Origin: an uncultured Gemmatimonadales bacterium
GTDB lineage: Bacteria > Gemmatimonadota > Gemmatimonadetes > Gemmatimonadales > GWC2-71-9
Assembly (NCBI GenBank): GCA_963825055.1
Contig: CAWGSK010000015.1
Coordinates: 1 to 64,000, forward strand
Length of the DNA stretch: 64,000 nucleotides
Direction: 5' to 3'
Each line of letters begins with the position of its first letter. Positions within the stretch are counted from its first letter, which is position 1. Under the pieces are notes generated by a model. That model made no database searches and was not told where the DNA came from. It worked only from the letters and a program-made list of their open reading frames with translations. Below are positions 50,106-59,569 of the stretch, piece by piece. The position numbers and the translations under genes are program-made.

Positions 50106-50933
50106 ATGAAACCGATCCAGGCCCTGCTCGTGCTCCCCCTGTTTGCCGCGTGCGCGCCGGCCGCCGAGAAGGTCACGCCCGCAGCGATGCCCGAAGTGGA
50201 GTTTCATTCCTCGGAATACGCATTTGCCGGCCCGGACACGGTCGCCCCCGGCTGGACCACGATCAAGCTGGTGAACGACGGCAGCCACGACCACCACATG
50301 ATCCTGGCCCAGCTGGACGCCGGCAAGACCGCGCAGGACATGATGACGTTTTTCCAGGAAAACGCGGCTGCCGATCCGCAGTGGGTGAAGTGGCGCGGGG
50401 CGTCGAACAGCGTGTCCCCCGGGAATACGAACACCTCCATGGTCAATCTCACTCCCGGAAATTATGTCACGCTTTGCTTCATCCCCGACTCCGCGGGGGT
50501 CCCGCACATGGCGCACGGGATGGTGAAGGAGTTCGTCGTGGCCGGCGAGCCCGGTACCGCGGCGGCACCCACGGCTGACGCGGAGATTCATACCAGCGAG
50601 TACAAGTTCACCATGCCGGCCGTCTCGGCGGGCACGCATACGTTCCGGTTCGTAAACGACGGCAAGGAGACCCACGAGGTTGAGGTTCTGCGCCTCAACG
50701 AAGGCGCGACGCCCGAGCAGGTGATGGCGGCCTTCGCGCCCGGTTCCACCACCCCGCCCCCGGTCACGTCGGTCGGCGGGCCCGGTGCGCTGAGCCCGGG
50801 ACTGGACGACTACTGGACCGTGACGCTGGAACCGGGGCAGTACGTGGTGGTGTGCTTCGTGCCGGCGGCCGACGGACAGCCGCACATCGCCAAGGGAATG
50901 ATGCAGGAGTGGACGATTCCGGCGGCGAACTGA
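50106..50933 (+). CDS. Lipoprotein with two cupredoxin-like domains
   Basis: Lipobox LFAAC; two copies of NDG...H ... L.PG.Y...CF.P...G.PH...GM. Confidence 0.75.
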   Translation: MKPIQALLVLPLFAACAPAAEKVTPAAMPEVEFHSSEYAFAGPDTVAPGWTTIKLVNDGSHDHHMILAQLDAGKTAQDMMTFFQENAAADPQWVKWRGASNSVSPGNTNTSMVNLTPGNYVTLCFIPDSAGVPHMAHGMVKEFVVAGEPGTAAAPTADAEIHTSEYKFTMPAVSAGTHTFRFVNDGKETHEVEVLRLNEGATPEQVMAAFAPGSTTPPPVTSVGGPGALSPGLDDYWTVTLEPGQYVVVCFVPAADGQPHIAKGMMQEWTIPAAN

Positions 50934-50939
50934 GGAGTG

Positions 50940-50982
50940 GTCGGAGGTCGAAGGTCGAAAGGGCTCCCTGCGGGGGGCCCTT
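50940..50982. terminator. Hairpin between convergent genes, preceded by (GTCGAAG)-like x3
   Basis: AAGGGCTCCC-tgcg-GGGGGCCCTT at 50959-50982; A-run on the left, T-rich on the right. Confidence 0.65.
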
Positions 50983-51017
50983 CTGATTTCCGGCATGGCT
51001 CGCCGAGCGGCCTTCCG

Positions 51018-52136
51018 CTATTCGAGGGCCTCGAGCCCGCGGCACGCCTGCTGGTGCGTGGGGTCCAGTTCCAGCGCACGGCGGTAGGCCGCACGCGCAT
51101 CCACTTTCCGGCCGGCTGCGGAGTATGCACGCCCCAGGCCAAAGGCGGCCTCTGCCGAGGAGGGATAGTCGGACTGGTTTGCCTGGAGTAATGCGATGGC
51201 GCCCCGCAGGTCACCCATCTTGAGCATCTGGTAGCCAACCGTCCCTGCGGCTTCCGCGGTTTCCACGTTGTGGTGCGTCCTGCGGAATTCCTGATAGGTC
51301 CAGAGGACGGCTTCGGGGTCGGAGCGCTGCTCGAACAAGTGCTCGATGAAGGCCTGGACCGGAGTTCGCTCGAATGTCGGCGGGGAGAACCACCTGCGAG
51401 GGATGTCGCGATTGGCTTCGAGATGCCCCCAGTGCATCGTCGATATCATGCCGCCGGTAGCACTGGAGCTGTCGGCGAACAGGTGAGGGTAGAGCACGCC
51501 CGCAACAGGGCGATAGTCGCCGAGCGTCGTCTGCGTGCAGACCTCCTCGCCGAACGCATGGATTCTGGCGCACTGGCGCGTCGCGATCGCCAGGTAGGTA
51601 TCACGATCCAGGAACCACTCGGTCCGGAAACCATCCCGCATTGTGACGATGAGCCGGTAGGTCGGCCGCCCGTGGATCCGCGCAGGCGCACCTCGCTCGA
51701 CCGCGCTGCCTTTCTCGACATAGTCGACGAGTGGATCTTCGACGCTCGCGTAGTGACGAATCGCGGCTGCAGCGGCGCCGACGGTCCTGATGACAAATCC
51801 GGGGCTCGCGTACCATTCCCAGGCCGCGCCATCGTAGCCCTCCATGAACTCCGGCTTCAGCCCCGGATCGCCCACCAGCTTGTAGTAGGGCCGCATCAGC
51901 ATCATGGCTGAGTGCCCGGAACCGGTAAAGCCCGGCTCGGCGTACCTGCCGTCGCTGTAGGAGAGCGTTCGTATCGCCTTGATGGCCTGGTATCCGCCGA
52001 GCGCACGGATGTGGAGGGCGATCAGTGAGTCGACCGAGGGACGGTCCGACTGAGCCATCGCTGTCCCGGCCACCAGTGCCGCGGCCAGTGCGACAGCCGC
52101 CGCCGACAGCAGATGCCCCTTGCGCTCGAATACCAT
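51018..52136 (-). CDS. Secreted protein with a LolA-like/beta-sheet N-domain and C-terminal TPR
   Basis: Signal peptide; HIRALGG...I.T, EGYDG..AW, DYRPVAGVL.P; TPR AFGLGRAY...AYRRALELDP. Confidence 0.65.
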   Translation of the reverse strand: MVFERKGHLLSAAAVALAAALVAGTAMAQSDRPSVDSLIALHIRALGGYQAIKAIRTLSYSDGRYAEPGFTGSGHSAMMLMRPYYKLVGDPGLKPEFMEGYDGAAWEWYASPGFVIRTVGAAAAAIRHYASVEDPLVDYVEKGSAVERGAPARIHGRPTYRLIVTMRDGFRTEWFLDRDTYLAIATRQCARIHAFGEEVCTQTTLGDYRPVAGVLYPHLFADSSSATGGMISTMHWGHLEANRDIPRRWFSPPTFERTPVQAFIEHLFEQRSDPEAVLWTYQEFRRTHHNVETAEAAGTVGYQMLKMGDLRGAIALLQANQSDYPSSAEAAFGLGRAYSAAGRKVDARAAYRRALELDPTHQQACRGLEALE

Positions 52137-52318
52137 TTCGTCTCCTCAGTCGTGGCGGAGCAGGGGGGACGACTGGTTCGACACAGGCTGGACAGAAAGG
52201 GTTTGTCGGACACGGGATGCTCCCGTGGCCCCGAGCGTGGAGAAAGGCTGGCCGCGGAGCAGCCGATCTCCTGTGAGGGACGAAGGCGGCATTGGGCGTC
52301 CCCCGTGCAGTGCCGGTC

Positions 52319-52792
52319 TCATTGCCCCGGTGGCGGACGTGAGCGATTCGTGTTGTCGATATCTGCTGCAATCATCCACGGACCACCGGGATCCCGCCGC
52401 AGCGCGAGGACGAACTTGCCGGCGTCGGCCGCAGCCGTTCCCCAGCGATACCCACCAATAATGTATCCCACCGTATCGGCGGCCCCATACGCCAGGGCGC
52501 GGAGGCAGAGCGATCCCCCAGCACTCCGGTAGTCCTCGGCGATGGCAGGCCGTCCCCGGACCGGCGGCCGGCCATTGGGCAGGATCATGCCGTCCCCGGT
52601 GAAGAGCGCGGCGAGCCCTTCCGGATTCCTTCCCTGCCATTCGCGCTCGTAATCGCGGAGGACGCGCTCGAGGTGGGCCGGGAGAGTGACTGAAGGCATC
52701 GGCCCGTCACCGGCCTCCTGCGCCCTTGCCGTGTGTGGAGCCACAACCTCTGCTGCCACGGCGACAGCCAGCAGTAACCATCCCGTTTTCAT
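52319..52792 (-). CDS. NTF2-like (DUF4440/SnoaL) secreted protein
   Basis: LAALFTGDG..LP.G.P.VRGR.AI; GKFV..LRR...G.W.I..D. Confidence 0.8.
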   Translation of the reverse strand: MKTGWLLLAVAVAAEVVAPHTARAQEAGDGPMPSVTLPAHLERVLRDYEREWQGRNPEGLAALFTGDGMILPNGRPPVRGRPAIAEDYRSAGGSLCLRALAYGAADTVGYIIGGYRWGTAAADAGKFVLALRRDPGGPWMIAADIDNTNRSRPPPGQ

Positions 52793-53322
52793 TGGTCCTC
52801 CAGAGCTTTCGCGGTAACGTCCGAGAGACTGGACGGACCACCTGCGCCGCCCCCGCTCACGACGCTGAACGAGCCATCCGTTTCGAGCACCACCGCCTCG
52901 GCGGCGGCCATGTCGGAGAAGCCGGCCGAGCGTACGGCGGCGCGGATCTCGGCTTCGGTGACGCGCGCGCGCCTCAGCGCGGCCGGCAGAACCTCACCCC
53001 GGTACATGAGCATCCTCGGCTCGCCCGTCACGGCTTTCCGGATCCACGGAATGCGGACGCTGGACCAGGTCACCATGAACTGCAGGAGAATCAGGAGGAC
53101 GAATGCGAGGATTCCGCGCGCAAGGGAAACCTCGCTGCTCAGGAACACCGTGGCGAGAATAGAGCCAAGGGCCACGGTGACGACCAGGTCAAAGGCATTG
53201 AGCTTCGAGAGAGTACGCTTGCCCGCGATCCGCAGCACTAGCACCAGCGCGACATAGGCCAGTACTCCCACCACCAGTGCGCGCAGCAGGCTGTCCCAGC
53301 CAGGAAAGAATGCAGTTTCCAC
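52789..53322 (-). CDS. DUF421/YetF-family membrane protein
   Basis: GKRTLSKLNAFDLVVTVALGS; VLETDGSFSV. Confidence 0.88.
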   Translation of the reverse strand: METAFFPGWDSLLRALVVGVLAYVALVLVLRIAGKRTLSKLNAFDLVVTVALGSILATVFLSSEVSLARGILAFVLLILLQFMVTWSSVRIPWIRKAVTGEPRMLMYRGEVLPAALRRARVTEAEIRAAVRSAGFSDMAAAEAVVLETDGSFSVVSGGGAGGPSSLSDVTAKALEDQ

Positions 53323-53458
53323 AAACGCCTCGCGTCTGCTGGAGTCTGGAGTTCGGTGTTCCCCAAGATAGCCGGCGGGTTTCCCGGTACCTTCATCGCG
53401 ACTTCATTCAGGTCGCGGCATCTTTCAGGACGGCTCCTGTGGAAGATAGAAGGTCATC

Positions 53459-54304
53459 ATGAAATTCCTGCTCGCCACCGGCGTCATCATCGGCGCGCTC
53501 GCTATTCTCGTCATCACGGCCGCGGGCCTGGGCCAGCTCCGCTGGAACCGGGCGACGCAGGAGGCGGTTCGGGCGCTGCGCGCTGATACCACGCCGGCGC
53601 TCCCTGTCGTGTGGAACCCGGCGATGACGGACACCCTTCCCGCTCCGGTCCGTCGCTACTTCCGTTTTGCGCTGACACCCGGACGGCCGTTGCCGGCAAC
53701 CGCCCGGCTCGCGCAGGTTGGCGAATTCCTGACGAAGCCTGGCGGCAAGTGGAGTCCCTTTGCAGCGATCGAGCACTTCTCCGTCACACCGCCCGGGTTC
53801 GTCTGGGATGCCTCGATCGGCACGGCGCCGCTGGTCACCATCCGCGTGAGGGACGAATACCGTGACGGCCACGGTGGGATGGTCGCGCGAGTCGCCGGAC
53901 TCCTGGAGGTGGCCGAGGGACGGGACACGCCCGAGCTGGCACAGGGGGCTCTGGTGCGGTACCTGGCCGAGGCGGTGTGGCTGCCCCCCGCTCTCCTGCC
54001 GGCGGAGGGCCTGGCATGGGAGCCGGTGGACGACAGCACGGCGCGCGCCACCCTGTCCGACCAGGGAAACCGCGTCTCGGTGGATTTCCATTTTGATCCT
54101 GAAGGTCGGATTGTCCGGGTCTCCGGAATGCGATACCGGGACGTGGACGGTGCGGGCGTCATGACGCCGTGGTCAGGTGAGTTCGGTGACTATCGCGAAG
54201 TGAACGGCATGATGGTGCCGGAACGGGGAAGCGTTGCCTGGCTTCTGCCGGAGGGGCGTTACACGTACTGGAAGGGGACGATCGTGGACTGGAACTACCG
54301 GTAA
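53459..54304 (+). CDS. Conserved hypothetical protein with N-terminal TM (DUF6544/DUF6920-like)
   Basis: LPAPVRRY, PPGFVWDA, RYLAEAVWLP.AL, W.P.DD..ARAT, MVP.RG.V.W. Confidence 0.7.
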   Translation: MKFLLATGVIIGALAILVITAAGLGQLRWNRATQEAVRALRADTTPALPVVWNPAMTDTLPAPVRRYFRFALTPGRPLPATARLAQVGEFLTKPGGKWSPFAAIEHFSVTPPGFVWDASIGTAPLVTIRVRDEYRDGHGGMVARVAGLLEVAEGRDTPELAQGALVRYLAEAVWLPPALLPAEGLAWEPVDDSTARATLSDQGNRVSVDFHFDPEGRIVRVSGMRYRDVDGAGVMTPWSGEFGDYREVNGMMVPERGSVAWLLPEGRYTYWKGTIVDWNYR

Positions 54305-54306
54305 TA

Positions 54307-54645
54307 TCAGCGACCGCGGTCGAATTCGGTAACCAGCCGTTTCGGTGCCTGCCGGCGCCATGCTTCCTCCAGCACGTCACGGAGGTCCGCCGCGTCTGCC
54401 GCCGGCAGGCGCACGAGGACGGTGGGATAGCCGTGGTAGTGGTCGGTCGTGAAAAAGACTTCGGGGTCAGCCTGCATTCTCAAGTCGCGCTCCTCGAAAC
54501 CGCACTTGACGGCCAGTGTCTCGCCATCCTCCCGGAGCCGGGCCATGAACTTTCCCTTCACGCGGAAAGCCGCCGTTCCGTAGGAAGTGCCTTCCTCGAC
54601 GCCGGGCAACGCGAGCGCGACCCGGCGGACCTCATCGAATGTCAT
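54307..54645 (-). CDS. MmcQ/YjbR-family protein
   Basis: ALALPGVEE.TSYG..AFRVKGK; FFTTDHYHGYP.VLVRL; EAWR..APK. Confidence 0.88.
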   Translation of the reverse strand: MTFDEVRRVALALPGVEEGTSYGTAAFRVKGKFMARLREDGETLAVKCGFEERDLRMQADPEVFFTTDHYHGYPTVLVRLPAADAADLRDVLEEAWRRQAPKRLVTEFDRGR

Positions 54646-55214
54646 GGCCGATACCCTGACCGGGCCTGGAGTGAATCGGACAGGACAGGCCGGATGTCGT
54701 CATCGGTGCCGGGAGTGCCATCGGCCCCCACCGCGAAGAGATCGTATGTCCGGCCATCCGGTGCGAGCGAGTACGGGAATGTCCGGGGGAGGTGGCCGAT
54801 ACCGGCGGACTGGTCGTAGATGTTGACGAGGTTGACCGGCAGCGGTGTCCCGATGAGCGCCTCGAGCCGGTCGGGGTACGCGCCATTGCGCTCGTGCCAG
54901 CGCTCCAGTGCCACCACCACGTCCAACAGGTTCTTCCGGGTCACATCCGCCTGGGCGCTCCGGAACGCGTCGGTCTGTCCGAACCATCCCGCCAGCATGA
55001 CCATGAACCCGAACTGCGCGAACACGGCCAGGGCGCCGAGGCCCGCCGCCCAGAGCGCCTTCGGCCGGCGGGCCAGCAGACCCCAGATGACCGCGGCCAC
55101 CCCGGTGAAGAGCCCGATGAACGGGATGAAGCCGGTTGCCGCCAGCACGAACGGCGGCCAGGCCGGCTTCACTGGTGGTGTCGGTATTCCCTGCGGGGTC
55201 GCTGCGGTGGGCAT
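54642..55214 (-). CDS. Membrane protein with a C-terminal T2SS GspG-like domain
   Basis: ALE.W...NG.YP..L..L and Y.L.A.GADG.PGT.DDI; N-terminal TM segments; no prepilin cleavage motif. Confidence 0.7.
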   Translation of the reverse strand: MPTAATPQGIPTPPVKPAWPPFVLAATGFIPFIGLFTGVAAVIWGLLARRPKALWAAGLGALAVFAQFGFMVMLAGWFGQTDAFRSAQADVTRKNLLDVVVALERWHERNGAYPDRLEALIGTPLPVNLVNIYDQSAGIGHLPRTFPYSLAPDGRTYDLFAVGADGTPGTDDDIRPVLSDSLQARSGYRP

Positions 55215-55218
55215 CGGC

Positions 55219-55455
55219 TCAGTGGGAACCGGTCTGACGGGCAGCCCGCCGTACTCGCTGCACGCCGAAGGCGATCAGGAGAATGGAGGGCCAGAAGGTG
55301 AAGGCCGCGAGGATGCCGAACCCGACCGGATTAGGGTTCGGGTCGCGGGTCAGGCCCAGGGAAGCGAGCAGGATGATGGTCAGCAGTGGCCCGGAACCGA
55401 GAATGAAGATGACTAGGCCGACCCGGACCATCCGCGAGCGGAGGTAAGGGTTCAT
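55219..55455 (-). CDS. Small two-TM membrane protein
   Basis: 78 aa; GSGPLL..I, DPNPNPVGFG; promoter-like TTGCGC-16-CATACT 6 nt before the ATG. Confidence 0.7.
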   Translation of the reverse strand: MNPYLRSRMVRVGLVIFILGSGPLLTIILLASLGLTRDPNPNPVGFGILAAFTFWPSILLIAFGVQRVRRAARQTGSH

Positions 55456-55628
55456 GGCTTCAGTATGGGTGTGATGTCGAAGGGCGCAAGGGTCTGGAGT
55501 CAGGGGGTCGCGGAGGCGAGAGGTCCCGGGTGGAGGTCCCAGTCAGCGATCAGACGGTGTTGCGCGTGCCAGGAGAAGCGGGAGTAAGTTGCGTTTTCGG
55601 CCGACCACACCGACAGATGAGGAGAGAC

Positions 55629-56354
55629 ATGGTACGCATAGCTCGCAACATCGTTCTAGGAGCGCTGCTCGCTGCTGCAGGCGTTGTCGTCGCCCTCGCG
55701 TGTGATGATCCATCCGAGGCCCGAATGTCACGCGCGACCGCAGATGTCGCCGACGACCTTCCGGTCATTCGCGTCACCGCGGAGCCCCTGGAGCCGGCCC
55801 TCAGGCTGGTGACCGCCGATTCGGGAAACGAAGTCCGGTATCGCGTGCGTGAGCAGCTCATGGGAGTCAGCTTCCCCAACGATGCGGTCGGGCACAACCC
55901 GGCCGTGACCGGCCAGCTCTCGCTCGAGGACAACGGTGCGGTCATGGCGGACCAGTCGCTCTTTACGGTTCAGGCAGGGTCGTTCACCAGCGACAAGGAC
56001 CGGCGTGACGGCTACGTGCGCCGGCGCCTGCTCGACGCGGACAGTTTTCCGACGATCACCTTTCAGCTGGCGAGCCTGGATGGGCTGCAGGGAGCGCTGC
56101 CGGGGTCCGGCGATCGTGACCTGACGGCCACGGGGCTCCTGACCATCAAGGGTGTGTCCCACCCGGTGACCTGGCAGATGCACGCCACCTTCACCCCCGG
56201 TCAGGTATCCGGAACCGCGACGACCGGGTTCACGTTCGAGGACTTTGCTCTCACCAGGCCGCGGGTTCGCGTGGTGCTGAGCGTCGCTGATTCGATTCAC
56301 CTTGAATACGACTTCAGGATGCGTGTGGCCCGCGAGTCGGGCGCGGGGAGCTGA
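55629..56354 (+). CDS. YceI-family (lipo)protein
   Basis: Start MVRIA after GGAG; ALAC; V.Y.V.E, SD...RD, FP.ITF, G.LTIKGV..PVTW. Confidence 0.85.
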   Translation: MVRIARNIVLGALLAAAGVVVALACDDPSEARMSRATADVADDLPVIRVTAEPLEPALRLVTADSGNEVRYRVREQLMGVSFPNDAVGHNPAVTGQLSLEDNGAVMADQSLFTVQAGSFTSDKDRRDGYVRRRLLDADSFPTITFQLASLDGLQGALPGSGDRDLTATGLLTIKGVSHPVTWQMHATFTPGQVSGTATTGFTFEDFALTRPRVRVVLSVADSIHLEYDFRMRVARESGAGS

Positions 56355-56356
56355 GG

Positions 56357-56428
56357 CAGAAGTCGCGGAGTCGCGGAGGTCAGGGCGGTAGCCAACGACT
56401 CAACGGCTCAACGACTCGCCGCTCAAAC
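56357..56428. repeat. Inverted pair of 8-bp arrays (GCGGAGTC and GACTCAAC-like) between convergent genes
   Basis: cagaagtc gcggagtc gcggag ... gactcaac ggctcaac gactc; supplies the methyltransferase stop codon. Confidence 0.75.
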
Positions 56429-57161
56429 GCCTTCCCGCCAGGAACATTACATGCTGCCCGTCTTCCACTTCACTGTGCTTGAATGGAACCACAGACGGAT
56501 GAAACCCGGCAGCGGACAACACGCGGAGCCACTCGGCCGTGGAAAACAGCCCCTCCACATGGCGGTCATGCACCGCGCGAACCTCTCCGTCCGAGGTGCG
56601 GAGGAGGTATGCGTAGTCCACCATGCACTGCGAGTCGGCGGGATCCGGGTCCCATGTCCAGGAGAGGTAGCGCAACCCGCGTCCGTCCGGTGCGTCGGCC
56701 CCACCCTTGCCGGTATCGGCCTTGAACGTCTCCCTGACATGGTCCGGACAGAACAGTGCGACGCCGCCCGGAGCGCAGTGTATCCAGGCGGTCGCCACGG
56801 CCTGTCGCAGGTCCTCCAGGTCCAGCATGTAGCAGACCGCATCATGCACGAAGACGGCGTCGAACGTTCGTTCGAGCCGGACGGTGCGCATGTCACCGAT
56901 ATGGTGCTCGCATTCCGGGTTGAGCGTCCGGCTGTGCGCCAGCATCCCCTCTGAAGGTTCCACGAGCGTCATGGCGAGGTCCCGCTTCAGCCACGAGGCG
57001 TTGTTGCCCCCGCCGGCACCGAGTTCGAGACAGGTCGTGAGCGGCCGTTTCGCGCCCTCGCGCATCGTGCGGAGGTAGATGCCGGCCTCCTCCTCGTAGT
57101 TCTGTGGGGGAGAGAGCAGGGGCCACCATTCGGCGAGCCGATCATAGAGCAGTGGGGACAT
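56400..57161 (-). CDS. Class I SAM-dependent methyltransferase
   Basis: Start MSPLLY; LELGAGGG, GDMR, FDAVFVHDA, PGG. Confidence 0.9.
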   Translation of the reverse strand: MSPLLYDRLAEWWPLLSPPQNYEEEAGIYLRTMREGAKRPLTTCLELGAGGGNNASWLKRDLAMTLVEPSEGMLAHSRTLNPECEHHIGDMRTVRLERTFDAVFVHDAVCYMLDLEDLRQAVATAWIHCAPGGVALFCPDHVRETFKADTGKGGADAPDGRGLRYLSWTWDPDPADSQCMVDYAYLLRTSDGEVRAVHDRHVEGLFSTAEWLRVLSAAGFHPSVVPFKHSEVEDGQHVMFLAGRRLSGESLSR

Positions 57162-57269
57162 GGCGCCGGGGGCAGAAGGTCCGGGGATGCGAGGGTCAGG
57201 ACTAATTCTGGACAACTCGGGAACCGGGCGCAATGATATCGGGACGCTGCCCCGGAGTGATCTACTCTC

Positions 57270-59483
57270 ATGCCAGACACCTTCGCACGCCTGAGTCGCG
57301 CCCTGGCCGCCCGGTACCATCTCGAGCGGGAGATCGGGCGCGGGGGCATGGCAACGGTCTATCTCGCCCGGGACCAGAAGCACCCGCGCAAGGTGGCCGT
57401 GAAGGTCCTGCACCCGGAACTGGCCGCCGCTATCGGCCCGGCGCGGTTCGCCCGCGAGATCGAGATCGCGGCGCGTCTCACCCATCCGCACATCCTCACG
57501 CTGATCGATTCCGGCGAGAGCGACGGGTTTCTGTACTACGTCATGCCCTTCGTGGAGGGCGAGTCACTCGAAGCCCGCCTGGAACGCGAGGGTCGCCTCT
57601 CCCCGGCCGACGCGGTGCGGCTCATCGGACAGGTCGCCTCGGCGCTGGACTATGCCCACTCGCAAGGTGTGATCCACCGCGATATCAAGCCCGCCAACAT
57701 CCTGCTCTCGGCCGGACAGGCGATCGTCGCCGACTTCGGCGTCGCCCGGGCCGTCGAGTCAGCGGGCGCGGAACGCCTGACCGGTACGGGCATGGCACTG
57801 GGGACGCCGACCTACATGAGCCCTGAACAGGCGTTCGGCGAGGACAGCGTGGATGGGCGCGCGGATGTGTACGCCATGGGTTGTGTGCTGTACGAAATGC
57901 TGGTCGGGCGCCCTCCGTTCGAGGCAGCCTCTCCCCAGGCCCTGCTGGCCCAGCATGCCATGCGCGTGGCGCCACGCCTCCGGACGCTGCTCCCGGAACT
58001 TCCCCTCTTCCTTGACCGTGCCGTCAGTCGCGCGCTGGCCAAGGAACCGGACGAACGTTTTGCTACCGCGGCCGCGATGGCGGAGACACTCCTGTCGGGG
58101 GTCGTGGTGGACCAGGTCGGTCGGCGCCGCATCGCGGTGCTTCCACCGGTCAACGTGTCCAACGACCCGGACCATGACTACCTCGTGCTCGGCCTCCACG
58201 AGGCCCTCATCTCGCGGCTCGGGCATGGCGATGCGGCGGTGCTGGCACGGACCTCGGTGCTGCAGTACCACGGCACGAGTCTCCCGGCCCATGAGATCTG
58301 TCGCCAGCTGTCGGCCGATGCCGTGGTGGAATCTTCCCTGTTCCGCGCGCAGGATGAAATCGAGGTCCAGGCCCGGCTCATCGACGGTGAGACCGAGGAG
58401 AGCCTCTGGGCCGGATCTTATGACGGGAAAGCGAGGAATGTCCTGGCCCTGTACCGGGAGATCTGCGATTCGATCTCCCGCGAAGTCCATGGCACGCTCG
58501 GACGGCGCGCGGCGACGTCCGGGGCCCGGCCAGTGGCGAATCCGATCGCACTCGAGCGCTACATGCGCGGCCGGGTGCACCAGCAGACGTTCAACCCACT
58601 GGACCTCGATCGCGCGATGCGGTACTACGAGGCGGCCCTGGAGGCGCAGCCGGACTTTGCGCCAGCGTACGCAGGCATGGCCCTGATCTGGGGTTCCAGG
58701 TCGGTCCTCGGCATGGTGCCGCCCTCCGAGGCCGGGCCGGCCTGGCGGGAGACGGCGGCCCGGGCGGTCGAACTGGATCCGGAGCTGGCCGAGGCGCACC
58801 AGGCCTTGGCCCAGGGGTATGCGTGGTACACCTTCGAATGGGACCGCGCCGAGGCGGCCTTCCGGCGGGCCACCGAGCTGGACCCGAACGAACCGCAGGC
58901 TCGCATCTTCTACTCGCATTTCCTGGCGATGATGCGGCGGGTGGAGGAGAGTGACGTTCAGATGCGTCAGGCGCTTGAAATCGATCCCTTCAATCCGTTC
59001 ACGCAGCTGCTGTATGGCGCGCAGCTGGGTCTCACGGGGCGGGCCGGGGAGGCCATCGCCCAGCTGTCGGGGATTCCGCCCAATCCGCTTCGCTCCCACG
59101 TGCTGGCGTGGCAGTTCGTCGCGCGGGATGAACTGGATACTGCACTCGAGCACTACCGCGACTACTTCCAGCTGCTCGGTGACCAGGAGATGGCGGCCAC
59201 CCTGAAAGATGACAGTGGACCCCGGGAGGCCTTCGCGCGGGCGGCGGCCCTTCTGACGGAGCGCGCCGGGTCCAGGTTCGTCAAGCCGAACAACCTGGTC
59301 TATCTCCACGCGCTGGCGGGGAACACGGACCTGGCCCTGGACTGGGCCGAGCGAGCCGTCGAGATGCGGGATCACGAAGTGGCGTACTGGGGCGCGGTCA
59401 GTTCGTGGGCGCTGGTGTTGCGGGGCGAGCCGAGGTTCCAGGCCATTCTCGAGAAGCTGGGGGTAGGCGGCGGCGCCCGATAA
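57270..59483 (+). CDS. Ser/Thr protein kinase with TolB-N-like and TPR domains
   Basis: IGRGGMATVY, VAVK, HRDIKPAN, DFG, GTPTYMSPEQ; IAVLP..N; TPRs (RAVELDPELAEAH). Confidence 0.93.
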   Translation: MPDTFARLSRALAARYHLEREIGRGGMATVYLARDQKHPRKVAVKVLHPELAAAIGPARFAREIEIAARLTHPHILTLIDSGESDGFLYYVMPFVEGESLEARLEREGRLSPADAVRLIGQVASALDYAHSQGVIHRDIKPANILLSAGQAIVADFGVARAVESAGAERLTGTGMALGTPTYMSPEQAFGEDSVDGRADVYAMGCVLYEMLVGRPPFEAASPQALLAQHAMRVAPRLRTLLPELPLFLDRAVSRALAKEPDERFATAAAMAETLLSGVVVDQVGRRRIAVLPPVNVSNDPDHDYLVLGLHEALISRLGHGDAAVLARTSVLQYHGTSLPAHEICRQLSADAVVESSLFRAQDEIEVQARLIDGETEESLWAGSYDGKARNVLALYREICDSISREVHGTLGRRAATSGARPVANPIALERYMRGRVHQQTFNPLDLDRAMRYYEAALEAQPDFAPAYAGMALIWGSRSVLGMVPPSEAGPAWRETAARAVELDPELAEAHQALAQGYAWYTFEWDRAEAAFRRATELDPNEPQARIFYSHFLAMMRRVEESDVQMRQALEIDPFNPFTQLLYGAQLGLTGRAGEAIAQLSGIPPNPLRSHVLAWQFVARDELDTALEHYRDYFQLLGDQEMAATLKDDSGPREAFARAAALLTERAGSRFVKPNNLVYLHALAGNTDLALDWAERAVEMRDHEVAYWGAVSSWALVLRGEPRFQAILEKLGVGGGAR

Positions 59484-59521
59484 GGGCAGGAAGCAGGACG
59501 GAGGTCAATTTTCCAGGGAGG

Positions 59522-59569
59522 TTGACAGGCGCTGCGGTGTGCTGTTTTTATAGCACTATGCTGTTTTTA
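59522..59569 (+). promoter_or_regulatory. Putative sigma70 promoter with overlapping direct and inverted repeats
   Basis: TTGACA at 59522, 18-nt spacer, extended -10 TG-T-TTTTAT; TGCTGTTTTTA occurs twice 19 bp apart; GTGCT...AGCAC. Confidence 0.5.
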
